DNA of 64,000 bases, taken from the NCBI GenBank assembly GCA_963728565.1, contig CAVSLC010000028.1, forward strand, positions 64,001-128,000. The letters run 5' to 3'. This document shows positions 51,591 to 62,894 of the stretch, in pieces. A program made the translations under genes and the position numbers. The notes below the pieces were generated by a model, which ran no database searches, was not told the DNA's origin, and worked only from the letters and a program-made list of their open reading frames with translations. Each line of letters begins with the position of its first letter. Positions within the stretch are counted from its first letter, which is position 1. The stretch is from an uncultured delta proteobacterium. Lineage in GTDB: Bacteria > Desulfobacterota > Binatia > UBA9968.

Positions 51591-52583
51591 TCAAAACTTT
51601 ATCACTGCTGCGCCCCAGGCAAATCCCGCACCAAATCCATTGAGCAAAACGACATCGCCCTTCTGGATCCGGCCCTGACGCTTGGCTTCATCCAGGGCCA
51701 CTGGAATAGATGCTGCAGAGGTATTCCCGTACTTTTCGAGATTGACCATGACTTTGTCCATCGAAACACCCAGCCTCTCGGCTAGAGCGACGATGATACG
51801 ACGATTGGCCTGATGTGGAATCACCAGCGAGACTTCATCGATGCCGACACCCGCCTCTTCCAGCGCCTCCCGGCTAATATCTTCCATTGAACGCACCGCA
51901 ATCTTAAATACCTCTTTCCCGTTCATAGTGATGGTATGCTCGTTTCTCTCTACGGTCTTGCAGTTGGCTGGTTTAAGAGAGCCTCCCGCCGGGACATAAA
52001 GAGTTTTCGCGTACGAGCCATCGGTGCGCAATTTGGTGCTTAAAATACCGTTGCCGTTTTCCGAGGCACCGAGTACCACGGCACCCGCCCCATCGCCAAA
52101 CAGTATACAGGTTGTGCGGTCCTGCCAATTCAGCAGCCGGCTTAGAACATCAGAACCGACTACGAGAGCGTTACGGATTTTACCGAGCCGGATAAAAGAA
52201 TCCGCGACCGATAACGCGTTGAGAAATCCCGAGCAGGCAGCGCCGACATCGAAGGAGAAAACTCCTCTAGCCCCGAGCATATCTTCAAGCACGCAAGCCG
52301 AACTTGGAAACGGATAATCCGCAGTGACCGTTCCCATAATGATCGCGTCCAAATCACCAGCGTCCAAACTCGCATCGTCAAGCGCTCTCGTTGCAGCACG
52401 GAACGCCATATCCGCGTTGCCCTTACCCTCTTCAAGTATTCGGCGCTCTTTTATCCCAGTGCGGACTGTGATCCATTCGTCACTGGTCTCGACCATCTTC
52501 TCAAGGTCATGGTTTGTAATGACCTTGGACGGTAGTTCAGAACCCGTTCCGAGAATCACACTGCGCCGCTGTCCTCCACTCAT
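51591..52583 (-). CDS. fabH: Beta-ketoacyl-ACP synthase III
   Basis: [32 protein letters not shown]. Confidence 0.96.
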   Translation of the reverse strand: MSGGQRRSVILGTGSELPSKVITNHDLEKMVETSDEWITVRTGIKERRILEEGKGNADMAFRAATRALDDASLDAGDLDAIIMGTVTADYPFPSSACVLEDMLGARGVFSFDVGAACSGFLNALSVADSFIRLGKIRNALVVGSDVLSRLLNWQDRTTCILFGDGAGAVVLGASENGNGILSTKLRTDGSYAKTLYVPAGGSLKPANCKTVERNEHTITMNGKEVFKIAVRSMEDISREALEEAGVGIDEVSLVIPHQANRRIIVALAERLGVSMDKVMVNLEKYGNTSAASIPVALDEAKRQGRIQKGDVVLLNGFGAGFAWGAAVIKF

Positions 52584-53833
52584 TCCGCCCTCCTCAATAT
52601 GACACACGCATTCGTCCCACCGAAACCGAACGAGTTCGAGAGTACGACCTTGAGATCCTTCTTACGAGCTTCGTTAGGCACATAATCCAGATCGCACTGT
52701 GGATCAGGATTATCATAGTTGATCGTCGGCGGAATCAGACCGTGATGCAGGGAGAGCGCTGAGAACACGCCTTCAACAGCACCGGCTGCACCGAGTAAAT
52801 GGCCGGTCATAGATTTAGTGGAACTCACTGCTAGTTTGGCCGCCTGTTCGCCGAATACCTTTTTGATCGCCATCGTTTCGTTGGCATCGTTGTATTCTGT
52901 GGACGTCCCGTGTGCGTTAATATAATCAATGTCGGTGGGCGCGAGTCCGGCATCCTTTAATGCCAGTCTCATACAGCGAGCCGCGCCTTCGCCTTCCGGC
53001 GCCGGCGCGGTCATGTGGTGCGCATCGCCGTTTGCCGCATAGCCAACCACTTCGGCGTAAATCTTTGCGCCTCGTTGGAGAGCTCTCTCTCTTTCTTCGA
53101 GGATGAGAACACCGGAGCCTTCGGCAATCACGAACCCGTCGCGATCTCGATCAAAGGGGCGGCTGGCGCGTTCTGGCTCATCATTGCGGGTCGAGAGCGC
53201 CTTCATGGCGGCGAAGCCGCCAACGGCCAACGGAGTAATAGCCGACTCAGCACCGCCGGTAATCACCGCATCCTGCAAGCCGCGCCGAATCAAGTGATAA
53301 GCCTCGCCGATGGCATGTGTACCGGACGCGCATGCAGACGTTGGTGTTAAGTTGATTCCCTTGGCACCATGGCGAATCGCGATCTGACCGGGAGCCAAGT
53401 TAGATATCACTTTCGGGATGAAAAAGGGAGATATTTTCCGCGGCCCGCCCTGCAGTATCGCCTCCTTGGTAGTCTCGATGGTATCGATGCCGCAAAGTCC
53501 AACACCAATGATAACACCTACCTGCTCAGCCAACTCAGTATCGATTTTCAAGCCGCTATCCGTCATCGCCATCGCTGCCGCCGCGACCGCATACTGGATA
53601 AAAAGATCCATCTTCTTGATCTCTTTAGGCTCGATGAAATCTGTAGGAGAAAAGTCCGGCACTTCCCCCGCGATCTGCGAGGGATAAGCTTCAAGATTGG
53701 AAAATCGGCTGATTCGTCTGATCCCGGAGCGCCCGGCAATCAAAGCATCCCAATTCTTTTCAACGCCAGTCCCCAATGGAGTAACCAAGCCCATGCCTGT
53801 TACGACGACCCTGCGTTGTTCAGGTGTATTCAC
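52580..53833 (-). CDS. fabF: Beta-ketoacyl-ACP synthase II
   Basis: [34 protein letters not shown]. Confidence 0.96.
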   Translation of the reverse strand: MNTPEQRRVVVTGMGLVTPLGTGVEKNWDALIAGRSGIRRISRFSNLEAYPSQIAGEVPDFSPTDFIEPKEIKKMDLFIQYAVAAAAMAMTDSGLKIDTELAEQVGVIIGVGLCGIDTIETTKEAILQGGPRKISPFFIPKVISNLAPGQIAIRHGAKGINLTPTSACASGTHAIGEAYHLIRRGLQDAVITGGAESAITPLAVGGFAAMKALSTRNDEPERASRPFDRDRDGFVIAEGSGVLILEERERALQRGAKIYAEVVGYAANGDAHHMTAPAPEGEGAARCMRLALKDAGLAPTDIDYINAHGTSTEYNDANETMAIKKVFGEQAAKLAVSSTKSMTGHLLGAAGAVEGVFSALSLHHGLIPPTINYDNPDPQCDLDYVPNEARKKDLKVVLSNSFGFGGTNACVILRRAE

Positions 53834-53911
53834 GTTCTTACCGGCCTTGAAAAAATTTAAACCTTAACTTGAACACTAAAATAGATGACTCCGAGCGGAG
53901 GGTCAATACTT

Positions 53912-54937
53912 TCAGTGAAATTGATCGTGCGTTCCCAAAACTGCACGAATAAGAGGATCTATCTTCTCGCCGCCAACGTCGGCCGGAAACTTGTCGCCAC
54001 CAGATTCTTGGAGCCTTTCGAGAACACCGGCAACGGACGACTTAAGGGCGGTGAGATCGTAGCCGCCTTCGAGCAAAAACGCTATTTTCCCGCCGCAGTA
54101 AACTTCCGCTAGGTGCAGCATCGCACGGGCCATCTGCGAGAATCCAGCTTCGGTCACATTCATTCCTGCCAATGGATCCTGCCGATGCGGATCAAATCCG
54201 GCCGACACTAAAATCCACTGCGGTCGGAAGCGTTCGATAGCTGGAATGACGACGTCTCTAAAGACTCGCAAGTATTCCGCATCTCCGCAGCCGGCCGGGA
54301 GCGGAACGTTGATCGTGAAACCCGCGCCTTCTTTCACTCCCACTTCTGCGACGCCCCCCGTGCCCGGGTAGAAAGGATACTGATGGGCTGAGACAAACAG
54401 AACAGAGGGATCAGAGTAGAACGCCTCTTGGGTGCCATTACCGTGGTGCACATCCCAATCAACGATGGCAATCCGCTTTGCTCCATGGGCAGTCTTCAGA
54501 TACTGCGCACCGACAGCAATGGTATTAAAAAGGCAGAAGCCCATGGCTCTGTTTCTGAGCGCATGATGTCCTGGCGGTCGTATCATGGCAAAAGCGTTGC
54601 ACGATTCGCCGGCAGCAACGGAGTCCAACAATTTCAGAAAACCTCCTGTCGCGAGCAAAGCAACAGCAAAAGAATCCTGACTAGTGATAGTGTCTCCATC
54701 CAAAGCATACTGGGTCAGGCCCGCAGTCGATTCCACCAACTGGACATATTTCGGATCGTGACAAAGCTCGATTTCCGATCGCGAGGCAGCCCTGGCCGGC
54801 ATCAGCTGAAAACGAGCGGGATCTAGGGTCTCGGCCAAGTCTAGCAAAACTCGCAACCGCTCGGGTCGCTCAGGATGACCTCGACCTGGCATGTGCTTGA
54901 GAAACTCTCGATCGATCAAGATCGCGGAACGTTTCAT
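53912..54937 (-). CDS. Histone deacetylase family protein (AcuC/APAH-like)
   Basis: HPERPERL, RPPGHHA, GFCLFN, DWDVHHGNGTQ, SAGFD, LEGGY. Confidence 0.93.
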   Translation of the reverse strand: MKRSAILIDREFLKHMPGRGHPERPERLRVLLDLAETLDPARFQLMPARAASRSEIELCHDPKYVQLVESTAGLTQYALDGDTITSQDSFAVALLATGGFLKLLDSVAAGESCNAFAMIRPPGHHALRNRAMGFCLFNTIAVGAQYLKTAHGAKRIAIVDWDVHHGNGTQEAFYSDPSVLFVSAHQYPFYPGTGGVAEVGVKEGAGFTINVPLPAGCGDAEYLRVFRDVVIPAIERFRPQWILVSAGFDPHRQDPLAGMNVTEAGFSQMARAMLHLAEVYCGGKIAFLLEGGYDLTALKSSVAGVLERLQESGGDKFPADVGGEKIDPLIRAVLGTHDQFH

Positions 54938-55100
54938 TGTATTAAAATAGCATTCGGTGCTGCCGGTCACAACGTTGTGAGCCGGGCCAGCGACAGCAGT
55001 CGTCTGAAGTAATCCGCCGCTGGCAGGACTCGGTGTCGAGACATTTAGCTTGGTTGCCAACTGATAGAAAATCGCATAGCTTGACGCTGGAGGACGTAGC

Positions 55101-55376
55101 ATGTTTGGTATTGGGATGCCGGAGCTATTGCTGATTTTAGCTTTGGCGCTGATCGTCTTAGGTCCCAAGAAACTGCCTGAGCTCGCCCGGGCGCTCGGCA
55201 AGGGCATGGCCGAGTTTCGAAGGGCGACTGATGAGCTTAAAGACGAGTTTCGTCAATTGGAAAACGAACCGTCCGAATCCCCGGCTCAGGCGACTCAAAA
55301 AGACGATTCGTTGCTAACCAAGCAAGCTGATGCCTCGGCCGCTTCCCCCGCGGCTGCTAACCAATCACGTGAGTAA
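55101..55376 (+). CDS. Twin-arginine translocase TatA/TatB-family subunit
   Basis: [28 protein letters not shown]; GGAGG RBS; upstream of tatC. Confidence 0.92.
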   Translation: MFGIGMPELLLILALALIVLGPKKLPELARALGKGMAEFRRATDELKDEFRQLENEPSESPAQATQKDDSLLTKQADASAASPAAANQSRE

Positions 55377-56124
55377 CCAGCCCGCTAAAAGGCATTTGGA
55401 AAACGTCCAGATGCCTTTTAGCTCTCATCTAGATGAGCTCCGCACCAGACTGATTCGCTCCGTCCTTGCTGTCGCTATCGCGTTCATCTTCTGCTTTTAT
55501 TTCGCGGAGCAGATCTTTTTTGCTCTGGCGGAACCACTCCGGCGGTTGCCAATACCCGATCTGACTTTGATCGGCACGGCCGTGACCGAGGCCTTCTTCA
55601 CAAAAATGAAGATTTCATTCTTTGCAGCTCTGATCGTGGCGCTGCCGGTGCTGTTGTGGCAAGGCTGGCAATTCGTCGGGCCGGGGCTATACGAACATGA
55701 GAAGCGTTATACCCGCAGCTTTGTGCTTTTTGGCTCGTTCTTTTTTCTCGCAGGCGTGGTTTTTTGCTACGGCGTCGTTCTCCAGAAGGGTCTCGCTTTC
55801 CTGTTAAAGCGCTATCAGGTGCTGCAGATTCAGCCGGCGATTCAAATCGGTGATTATCTTTCCATGGTTGCCAGGCTGGTATTGGCATTTGGAGTAATGT
55901 TTCAACTACCGGTGCTCAGTTTCTTTTTGGCTCGTGTGGGTTTGGTGGATCATCGGCTATTGATTCACTATCTTGGCTACGCAATCATCGGCATGGCCAT
56001 CATCTCGGCCGTGCTAACCCCGCCTGATGTGATCTCGCAAATCTTGTTAATGGTACCTTTGAGCTTGCTTTACGGCGTGAGCATAGGTGTGGCATACGTG
56101 GCAAGCCCGAGAAAGACCCGGTAA
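55369..56124 (+). CDS. tatC: Twin-arginine translocase subunit TatC
   Basis: [35 protein letters not shown]. Confidence 0.95.
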   Translation: MSNQPAKRHLENVQMPFSSHLDELRTRLIRSVLAVAIAFIFCFYFAEQIFFALAEPLRRLPIPDLTLIGTAVTEAFFTKMKISFFAALIVALPVLLWQGWQFVGPGLYEHEKRYTRSFVLFGSFFFLAGVVFCYGVVLQKGLAFLLKRYQVLQIQPAIQIGDYLSMVARLVLAFGVMFQLPVLSFFLARVGLVDHRLLIHYLGYAIIGMAIISAVLTPPDVISQILLMVPLSLLYGVSIGVAYVASPRKTR

Positions 56125-56187
56125 TCGGTACAGACCTAACCGCCTGGACGCCGCGCTGCGGCGAGTCGATTAATTCTCAAATCAATT

Positions 56188-56739
56188 TTAGTTGTCGTCG
56201 TTTACGAAAGCGCAGGCAGCGAACACCGTGGTCCAAAGACCATCTTTATTACCGATGGCGGATTGCGTGATATTGGACGTACGAACGATTTTGCCGGACA
56301 TTTTGAAGAGGTTTTCCCTCTCATCCCAAGCGGTGTCAGGATCGAACTCTATACCCAGCGTTGTCGCAAGCATGCTGGCGGCTAGATCTTCGGCATAATC
56401 GCCGGCTTTCTCCTCGGTTTCTCCGAATGAATGGTGCTCCGAAAGATAACCATGCTGCTCTTGGTCCGCTGGAATAGCGACACCGACCGAGGCAGCAACC
56501 AAGCGGTTCGGTTCGTTTGTACTCTCACGGTCATAGACGCAGAAAACGATTTCGCCCGGACGTAACAGTTTGACACCCTCTTCTTTGGAAATGCGTTTGC
56601 AAAAAGGCGGATAGATGCTCGAGACCAGAACTAAGTTGCAGTAGGCGAGTCCTGCTGATCGCAACGCCAGCTCAAAAGAGGCCAGCTTCTCCTTATGGAC
56701 GCCAACACCCTTCGTGAAAAAACATTTTTTCGGAATCAT
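56188..56739 (-). CDS. pdaD: Pyruvoyl-dependent arginine decarboxylase
   Basis: [20 protein letters not shown] (self-cleavage SS), GYLSEHH. Confidence 0.9.
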   Translation of the reverse strand: MIPKKCFFTKGVGVHKEKLASFELALRSAGLAYCNLVLVSSIYPPFCKRISKEEGVKLLRPGEIVFCVYDRESTNEPNRLVAASVGVAIPADQEQHGYLSEHHSFGETEEKAGDYAEDLAASMLATTLGIEFDPDTAWDERENLFKMSGKIVRTSNITQSAIGNKDGLWTTVFAACAFVNDDN

Positions 56740-56809
56740 TGTCCGGTGTCTATAACATTAAAGAAATTTGCTGACAACTTCGCAATTAGAATTCTTCCGC
56801 TTCAGAGTA

Positions 56810-57313
56810 TCATTCAACGATGAGCAAAACTGCGCCCCCTTCGACGGTTTCGCCGGGAGTCACTTTAATCTCTTTCACCTCGCCATTGATGGGGCTGCGC
56901 ACTTCGTTTTCCATTTTCATCGCTTCGACGATGACCAGTCCCTGCCCTTTCTCGACGGTATCGCCTTCGGCCACCAGCACAGCAATCACCTTACCGGGCA
57001 TCGGCACTGAAACCTTCTGGCGCCCTTGAAACTCGATTCCTGATTGGGTCCCGCCGATACGGACCCGCCGCTCATCCACCAAACTTACATGATAGTTGCG
57101 ACCATCCACTAGTACTTGATAATCATCTTCCGTGTGATCCACTTCGATCTCAAACGATCGATTGTCGACAATCAACGAATAATTGGTCCGCCCGGTTTTT
57201 TTCCCGTCAATCAAGAATTCGTTGCCATCGATCGAAACCTTGTAAACAGATTTACCGACTTCATCGATATCGACCGTGTAGGTCTGTTCTCCCAGCTTTG
57301 CAATGAAGGCCAT
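56810..57313 (-). CDS. Biotin carboxyl carrier protein of acyl-CoA carboxylase
   Basis: VPMPGKVI..EAMKMENE. Confidence 0.93.
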   Translation of the reverse strand: MAFIAKLGEQTYTVDIDEVGKSVYKVSIDGNEFLIDGKKTGRTNYSLIVDNRSFEIEVDHTEDDYQVLVDGRNYHVSLVDERRVRIGGTQSGIEFQGRQKVSVPMPGKVIAVLVAEGDTVEKGQGLVIVEAMKMENEVRSPINGEVKEIKVTPGETVEGGAVLLIVE

Positions 57314-57323
57314 AATGGACTGG

Positions 57324-58866
57324 CTATGACCGGCGCCAACCCCGCGAGCTAAATGCGGGCTGTAAACGCAGCGCATTGCGCTTGCCGCGCTCGCGCCATT
57401 TTGAAGGTTCGGCGGCGCCTTTGGCTAGCAGCCCAAGCGTGCTTTCCTGTTCACGATGCTTGGCGGCGATGGCCGCCGACGCCAACGCAATTTCCTTATG
57501 CGGAAAGACCTCCTCCTTGCTGGTAGAATGATACTCCTGGTCGATAAATCCGGTATGGACTTTGCCCGACATGAAATGAGGGTGACGCAGAATCCATTGA
57601 TGGAACGATATGTTCGTCTTAATGCCGCGAATTTGATATTCCCGCAGCGCTCGGCGCATGCGCAGAATTGCCTCGACCCGGTTTTCACCCCAAGTAATCA
57701 GCTTTGCGATCATTGGATCATAATAAATAGGCACCTCGGCGCCTTCGTAAACGCCGCAGTCGTTCCTCAAGCCAAGTCCTTCGGGTAAGCGCAAACCTTC
57801 GATTTTTCCCGGGACAGGGCATAAAATCGTTTTCAGCGTCCTCCGCATAGATCCGGCATTCGATAGCGTGACCGGTTTGGGTGATGTGACGCTGTCGCCA
57901 GGGAAGGTATCCGCCCGCCGCTATCTCGATCTGCGCCTTCACCAGATCGATCCCAACCACTCGTTCCGTCACCGCGTGCTCGACCTGTAACCGCGTGTTC
58001 ATCTCAAGAAAATAGAAATTCTGCTCCTGATCCAGCAGGAACTCGAGGGTGCCGGCGCCAACGTATCGAACCGCGCGCGCGCCTTGGATGGCAATACGGC
58101 CGATGCGCCGCCTGGTGCGATCGTCCAGCCCCGGAGCGGGAGATTCTTCGATTACCTTTTGGTGGCGCCGCTGGATCGAGCACTCGCGATCGAAGAGGTG
58201 CAGGACACGGCCATAATTATCGCCGAGGATTTGAATTTCGATGTGCCGCGGTTTCTCGATGTACTTCTCGACATACAGCCGCGGATCGCCGAAAGATGAT
58301 GCCGCCTCCGATCCTACCGCCCGATATGCCGATGAGACTTCGCGTCGAGAACGAACCAGACGCAAGCCCTTACCACCGCCGCCCGCCACCGCCTTCAACA
58401 TACAGGGATAGCCGATGGCTTCTATGGTACTTAAGACTTCCGCTTCAGACGTCAGTATCCCGTCAGAGCCCGGAACAACCGGCACTCCTGCCGCCTTCAT
58501 GATCTCTCTGGCCTTCACTTTATCGCCCATTTGATCGATAACTTCAGGCGAAGGCCCGATAAAGACGATTCCCTCCTCCAGGCATCGCTTTGCAAAGTGG
58601 CTATTTTCAGCCAAGAAGCCATAACCCGGATGGACTGCCTCAGCGTGGCTTCGTTTTGCCACCTCGATCATGCGGTCGATATTCAGGTAGCTCTGTACCG
58701 AAGGCGCCGGACCAATGGCGTACGCATAGTCGGCATATTTTACGTGCAAGGACTCGCGATCGGCCTCTGAATAAACCGCAACGGTTTCGATGTCGAGTTC
58801 CCGACAGGCTCGGGCGATACGAACCGCGATTTCACCACGATTGGCTATCAAAATACGTTTAAACAC
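57324..58866 (-). CDS. accC: Biotin carboxylase subunit, frameshift near 57820
   Basis: ILIANRGEIA, HPGYGFLAEN, GGGGKG, RECSIQRRHQK, EMNTRLQVEH; continues YYDPMIAKL in another frame. Confidence 0.92.
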
Positions 58867-58913
58867 GGTGAATTAAATTCTTCGCCGATACTCAACCGAA
58901 TCAGCGTACCAGT

Positions 58914-60461
58914 TTATAGAGGAATATTTCCATGCTTTTTGGGCGGGTTGTAGTCTTGTTTATTTTTCAACATTTCGAGCGAGCGAATCAGCGTAGGCCG
59001 GGTGTCCTCGGGATAAATGACTGAATCGATGTAGCCGAACTCTGCAGCCTTAAACGGATTGGCAAAGGTGTTACGGTATTCTTGGGTCATTTGATCACGC
59101 GCCTTGCCCGTGTCCTGCGCCTGTTGAAGCGCTTCACGAAAAACAATGTTGATGGCGCCTTCCGGACCCATGACCGCGATTTCAGCGGTCGGATAAGCTA
59201 AATTGATGTCGCCACGGAGGTGCTTGCTCGACATGACGATGTAACCGCCGCCGTATGCTTTGCGCGTGACGATGGTAATCTTGGGGATGGTAGCTTCAGC
59301 ATAGGCGTAGAGCAGTTTCGCGCCGTGGCGGATGATGCCGTCAAATTCTTGCGAAGTGCCCGGCAAAAAGCCCGGCACGTCAACAAAAGTTATCACGGGA
59401 ATATTGAAGCAGTCGCAAAATCGGATGAATCGCGCGCCTTTGACCGAAGCGTTGATGTCCAGACATCCGGCCAACGCCGCAGGCTGATTGGCGACGATAC
59501 CTACAGGACGGCCACCTAGACGAGCAAACCCGATGAGCAGATTCGGCGCGAAATCTCGCTGAACTTCGTAAAAATAACCCTCGTCGATTACGGCGCCGAT
59601 CAGATCTCTCATGTCATACGGACGATTGGGATTGTCCGGGACCAAATCGCGTAGCTTTTTGTCGCGGCGCAATGGATCATCATTCGTCGGATGAAAGGGA
59701 GGATCTTCTTGGTTGTTACTGGGCAGGAACGCGATCAGCTCACGGATCATCAGTAAGCATTCTTTCTCACCATTCGCGGTAAAATGAGCCACGCCACTCT
59801 TGGCGCCGTGGGTTTCGGCGCCGCCCAATTCATCTTTAGTGACTTCTTCGTGAGTGACCGTTTTGATAACATCAGGCCCTGTGATGAACATGTAGCTGTT
59901 GGTTTTCACCATGTAGACAAAATCGGTAATCGCGGGAGAATAAACCGCTCCTCCGGCGCAAGGCCCCATGATGGCTGAGATCTGCGGGATCACGCCGGAT
60001 GCCTTCACGTTGCGCAAAAAAATCTCCCCGTAACCCGCAAGACTAAGCACGCCTTCCTGGATGCGCGCGCCGCCCGAATCGTTGATGCCGATAATGGGCG
60101 CGCCGTTTTTCATCGCCAGGTCCATTACCTTGCAAATTTTTTCCGCTACCACGCCGCTGAGACTACCGCCAAACACGGTGAAATCCTGTGAATAAACGTA
60201 AACCAGCCGGCCATCGATGGCGCCGTAGCCGGTAACCACAGCGTCGCCGAGAAACTTCTGCTCCTGCATTTGGAAATCAGTGCAGCCGTGTGTACGCAAA
60301 CGATCGAGTTCAACGAAGCTACTGGGATCGAGAAGAATGTCCAGCCGTTCACGCGCTAGAAGTTTTCCCTGTTCATGCTGGCGGCGGGCCCGTTGTTCTC
60401 CTCCGCCAGCCTCGGCCTTTTCATTTAACTCACGAAGTCTCTCGAAATTGTTGATGGTCAT
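58914..60461 (-). CDS. pccB: Acyl-CoA (propionyl/methylmalonyl-CoA) carboxylase carboxyltransferase subunit
   Basis: [38 protein letters not shown]. Confidence 0.92.
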   Translation of the reverse strand: MTINNFERLRELNEKAEAGGGEQRARRQHEQGKLLARERLDILLDPSSFVELDRLRTHGCTDFQMQEQKFLGDAVVTGYGAIDGRLVYVYSQDFTVFGGSLSGVVAEKICKVMDLAMKNGAPIIGINDSGGARIQEGVLSLAGYGEIFLRNVKASGVIPQISAIMGPCAGGAVYSPAITDFVYMVKTNSYMFITGPDVIKTVTHEEVTKDELGGAETHGAKSGVAHFTANGEKECLLMIRELIAFLPSNNQEDPPFHPTNDDPLRRDKKLRDLVPDNPNRPYDMRDLIGAVIDEGYFYEVQRDFAPNLLIGFARLGGRPVGIVANQPAALAGCLDINASVKGARFIRFCDCFNIPVITFVDVPGFLPGTSQEFDGIIRHGAKLLYAYAEATIPKITIVTRKAYGGGYIVMSSKHLRGDINLAYPTAEIAVMGPEGAINIVFREALQQAQDTGKARDQMTQEYRNTFANPFKAAEFGYIDSVIYPEDTRPTLIRSLEMLKNKQDYNPPKKHGNIPL

Positions 60462-60519
60462 GTAGAAACGTTCCTTAGCCGCGCAAAGTCAGCGGGTGGC
60501 GGGGTTCACGAGTGGGAGC

Positions 60520-60547
60520 ATAATAGCAAAAGCGCCTAGTGTGTCAA
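60520..60547 (-). promoter_or_regulatory. Putative sigma70 promoter of the carboxylase operon
   Basis: Minus strand TTGACA-N16-TATTAT with TG extension. Confidence 0.55.
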
Positions 60548-60645
60548 CAGAATTTGGCTCTAGAACGCCTGTCTTCATTGAAGTTATATGATGGAATTGT
60601 TACCGTATGCTTCTCCGAATAGGAATTCGCCTGATACTGGAGAAA

Positions 60646-61842
60646 ATGCTTCAAACCAAATTCAACCGGTCTCACAATCAACTCCCTGCATCCTCGAATA
60701 CCGCCATTCGATCATTGAAAGCAGATGAAGCGTTGCTTCTTGTCGCCGCCAGTGAAGGCGACTCGAACATGCTCTATGCCGTGGGATTCTTTGTCCCTGA
60801 TCCATTCATTTTTTTTCGGCACAAGAAAAAGAAGTACGTGGTGATGAGCGATCTCGAGCTTGATCGCGCAAAGCGACAGGCCACGGTGGACCAGGTGCTT
60901 TCGCTCTCCGATTATCAGCGAAAGCTGAGGAAGGCGGGCAGCCCTACGACAATGATCGGCATTCTCGAACTGCTGTTTCGCGAGCGCGGCATACGATCGC
61001 TGAGGGTGCCGGCGAACTTTTCAGCGCTTTTGGCCGACCAGTTACGAGCCAAAGGCTTCAATTTGGCGGTTATACCTGATCCCTTTTTTCCTGAGCGTGA
61101 AATCAAACGCGCCCAGGAAGTGCGGCACATAACCGAATCGCTGCGTGTGGCCAAATTGGGCCTTGATGCCGGCATCAGGATGCTCAAAAGGACCAAATCC
61201 CGACCCGACGGGTATTTATATCTAAACGGCTCGAAGCTCACATCCGAAACACTGAAAACCGCCGTGAATACCACGATCATGGCTCAAGGATGGCTGCCCA
61301 GCCACACGATCATTTCATCCGGTAATCAGTGTGTCGATCCTCATCATGAAGGAACCGGCCCGATCAAGGCGAACACCTCGATCATCTTCGATATTTTTCC
61401 CCGCTCGCAAAAGAACGGTTATTTCGGAGATCTCAGCCGGACGGTGGTGCGTGGACGAGCATCGGACAAGCTCAAGAAAATTTACGCGACTGTGCAAGCC
61501 GGACAAAAGATCGGCTTTGACCTGATTCGCGATGGACTTAATGGCAGAGAGGTACACCAAAAGATCCTCGATCTTTTTGCCCGTGAAGGTTTTCCCACCG
61601 GACAAATCAAAGGTCGCATGCAGGGATTCTTCCACGGCACAGGACACGGACTCGGTCTGGATATCCATGAGGCGCCTCGAATCGCGCCAGTCGATGCCAC
61701 GCTCAAGAGCGGGCATGTGGTAACGGTAGAACCCGGACTTTATTACCTCGGTATTGGCGGCGTACGACTGGAAGATGTAGTGCTGGTCACGGATCATGGC
61801 AATAAGAATCTCACCGACTGTCCTCAGTTTCTGGAAATCTAA
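60646..61842 (+). CDS. Xaa-Pro aminopeptidase (M24) family
   Basis: DPH, DIFP, GDLSRT, HGTGHGLGLDIHE, TVEPGLY, GVRLED. Confidence 0.93.
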   Translation: MLQTKFNRSHNQLPASSNTAIRSLKADEALLLVAASEGDSNMLYAVGFFVPDPFIFFRHKKKKYVVMSDLELDRAKRQATVDQVLSLSDYQRKLRKAGSPTTMIGILELLFRERGIRSLRVPANFSALLADQLRAKGFNLAVIPDPFFPEREIKRAQEVRHITESLRVAKLGLDAGIRMLKRTKSRPDGYLYLNGSKLTSETLKTAVNTTIMAQGWLPSHTIISSGNQCVDPHHEGTGPIKANTSIIFDIFPRSQKNGYFGDLSRTVVRGRASDKLKKIYATVQAGQKIGFDLIRDGLNGREVHQKILDLFAREGFPTGQIKGRMQGFFHGTGHGLGLDIHEAPRIAPVDATLKSGHVVTVEPGLYYLGIGGVRLEDVVLVTDHGNKNLTDCPQFLEI

Positions 61843-61906
61843 ATCGGTCTCTTGCGGGCCACCAGGCTTGTGCGCGAACCGCCCGATCTATAATCAGGAT
61901 TGAATA

Positions 61907-62662
61907 ATGGAAGAAGCAAAGCAGATTGCCGAATGGCTTGACGCGCTCGACCGGCCCAACAAGCAGATGCTTCGCGTCGCGGTGGACGGTTTGATCGCGG
62001 CGTTGCCGGACTCACCTGAAACGGGCAAGAATCTACAGGACCTGCTGCGCGATTCACAGCGAGGAAATCGCTGGCCTATCGCCTATATCCTCGCCCACTT
62101 GCCTCAACCACCTGCCGAATCATTGGAGATCCTGCTCGATGCTCTTGACGATTCTGATCCAGACGTGCGCTGGGCCGTTATCTTACTCTTGGCACGCTTG
62201 ACGAAGCCAGAAACGACAGTGATGCAGCTGACGACATCGCTAATGGCCACCGGCACGCCGACCCAACGCCGCATGATCATCTATTATCTAAAAGAGTTGA
62301 AGCGTCAGAACGAAGCTGTTCGGCAGACGCTGTTATCCGCGCTCGACGATTCGGATCCCACAGTTAGAGTTGCGGCAGTGATCAGCTTGAAAGAACAGGA
62401 TGTGGATTCGGACGGCAAGACAACTTTATTGGACTTGCTGATGCGCGATCCTGATGTTCGGGTACAGCATGCGGCAGCGATCACCCTCGCAAGCTTAGGG
62501 TCACCGTCCGAAGAATTTTTATCGGTTCTGGATGATGCCACGAAAAATGCGCAGGGGCCGTTGAAGAAGGCTGCCGTCGCCGCGCAGCGTATCCTCCAGG
62601 AAAAAAAAGAGGTCCGTCCCATTAGGCGACTGACGTCGCCGGCGGGACGGACCCCGAGTTAA
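61907..62662 (+). CDS. HEAT-repeat protein
   Basis: ALDDSDPDVRW, ALDDSDPTVRVAA, DPDVRVQHAA repeats; C-terminus may be affected by the A8 run. Confidence 0.85.
   Translation: MEEAKQIAEWLDALDRPNKQMLRVAVDGLIAALPDSPETGKNLQDLLRDSQRGNRWPIAYILAHLPQPPAESLEILLDALDDSDPDVRWAVILLLARLTKPETTVMQLTTSLMATGTPTQRRMIIYYLKELKRQNEAVRQTLLSALDDSDPTVRVAAVISLKEQDVDSDGKTTLLDLLMRDPDVRVQHAAAITLASLGSPSEEFLSVLDDATKNAQGPLKKAAVAAQRILQEKKEVRPIRRLTSPAGRTPS
62601..62653 (-). terminator. Intrinsic terminator
   Basis: 10-bp stem GGTCCGTCCC/GGGACGGACC plus inner GGCGAC/GTCGCC, followed by U8 on the minus strand. Confidence 0.8.
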
Positions 62663-62728
62663 CTTCGGTAGACTGAGGGGGATTGCTAGGCTTCAAGCTA
62701 GAATCCCCGTCAAAGATCCACTTGAAGC

Positions 62729-62773
62729 CTAAGTCTCAGTCACCTCGCAGACAAAACAATTATCATCAATCAT
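62729..62773 (-). CDS. Putative 14-aa peptide MIDDNCFVCEVTET
   Basis: ATG at 62773 after the very long SD GAAAGGAGGTGGTCCAG; TAG at 62729-62731. Confidence 0.45.
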   Translation of the reverse strand: MIDDNCFVCEVTET

Positions 62774-62805
62774 GTCTGGACCACCTCCTTTCCCTGCTGA
62801 CTTTT

Positions 62806-62834
62806 AGTTTAAGGAGCAAGGTGTCGGCTGTCAA
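62806..62834 (-). promoter_or_regulatory. Consensus-like sigma70 promoter
   Basis: TTGACA (62834-62829) - 17 nt - TAAACT (62811-62806). Confidence 0.75.
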
Positions 62835-62894
62835 CAGGGAAGTGTCGCGTGCGGCCAATTTTCATACGCGGACAAATCGCGAAGCGATATAGAA

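Larger units (their letters stand above)
62600..62800 (-). ncRNA. Predicted ~200-nt structured transcript (sRNA or small-peptide mRNA)
   Basis: Own sigma70 promoter, several perfect stems and a terminator with U8; family not recognised. Confidence 0.6.

Noticed and set aside
54938-55207. 90-aa N-terminal extension of the HDAC ORF
   Set aside because: Overlaps the tat subunit gene on the opposite strand; homology starts at MKRSAIL
62776-62792. Fragment of a 16S rRNA gene
   Set aside because: Only the ~16-nt anti-SD tail matches and the flanks are unrelated; better explained as an extended SD on the opposite strand
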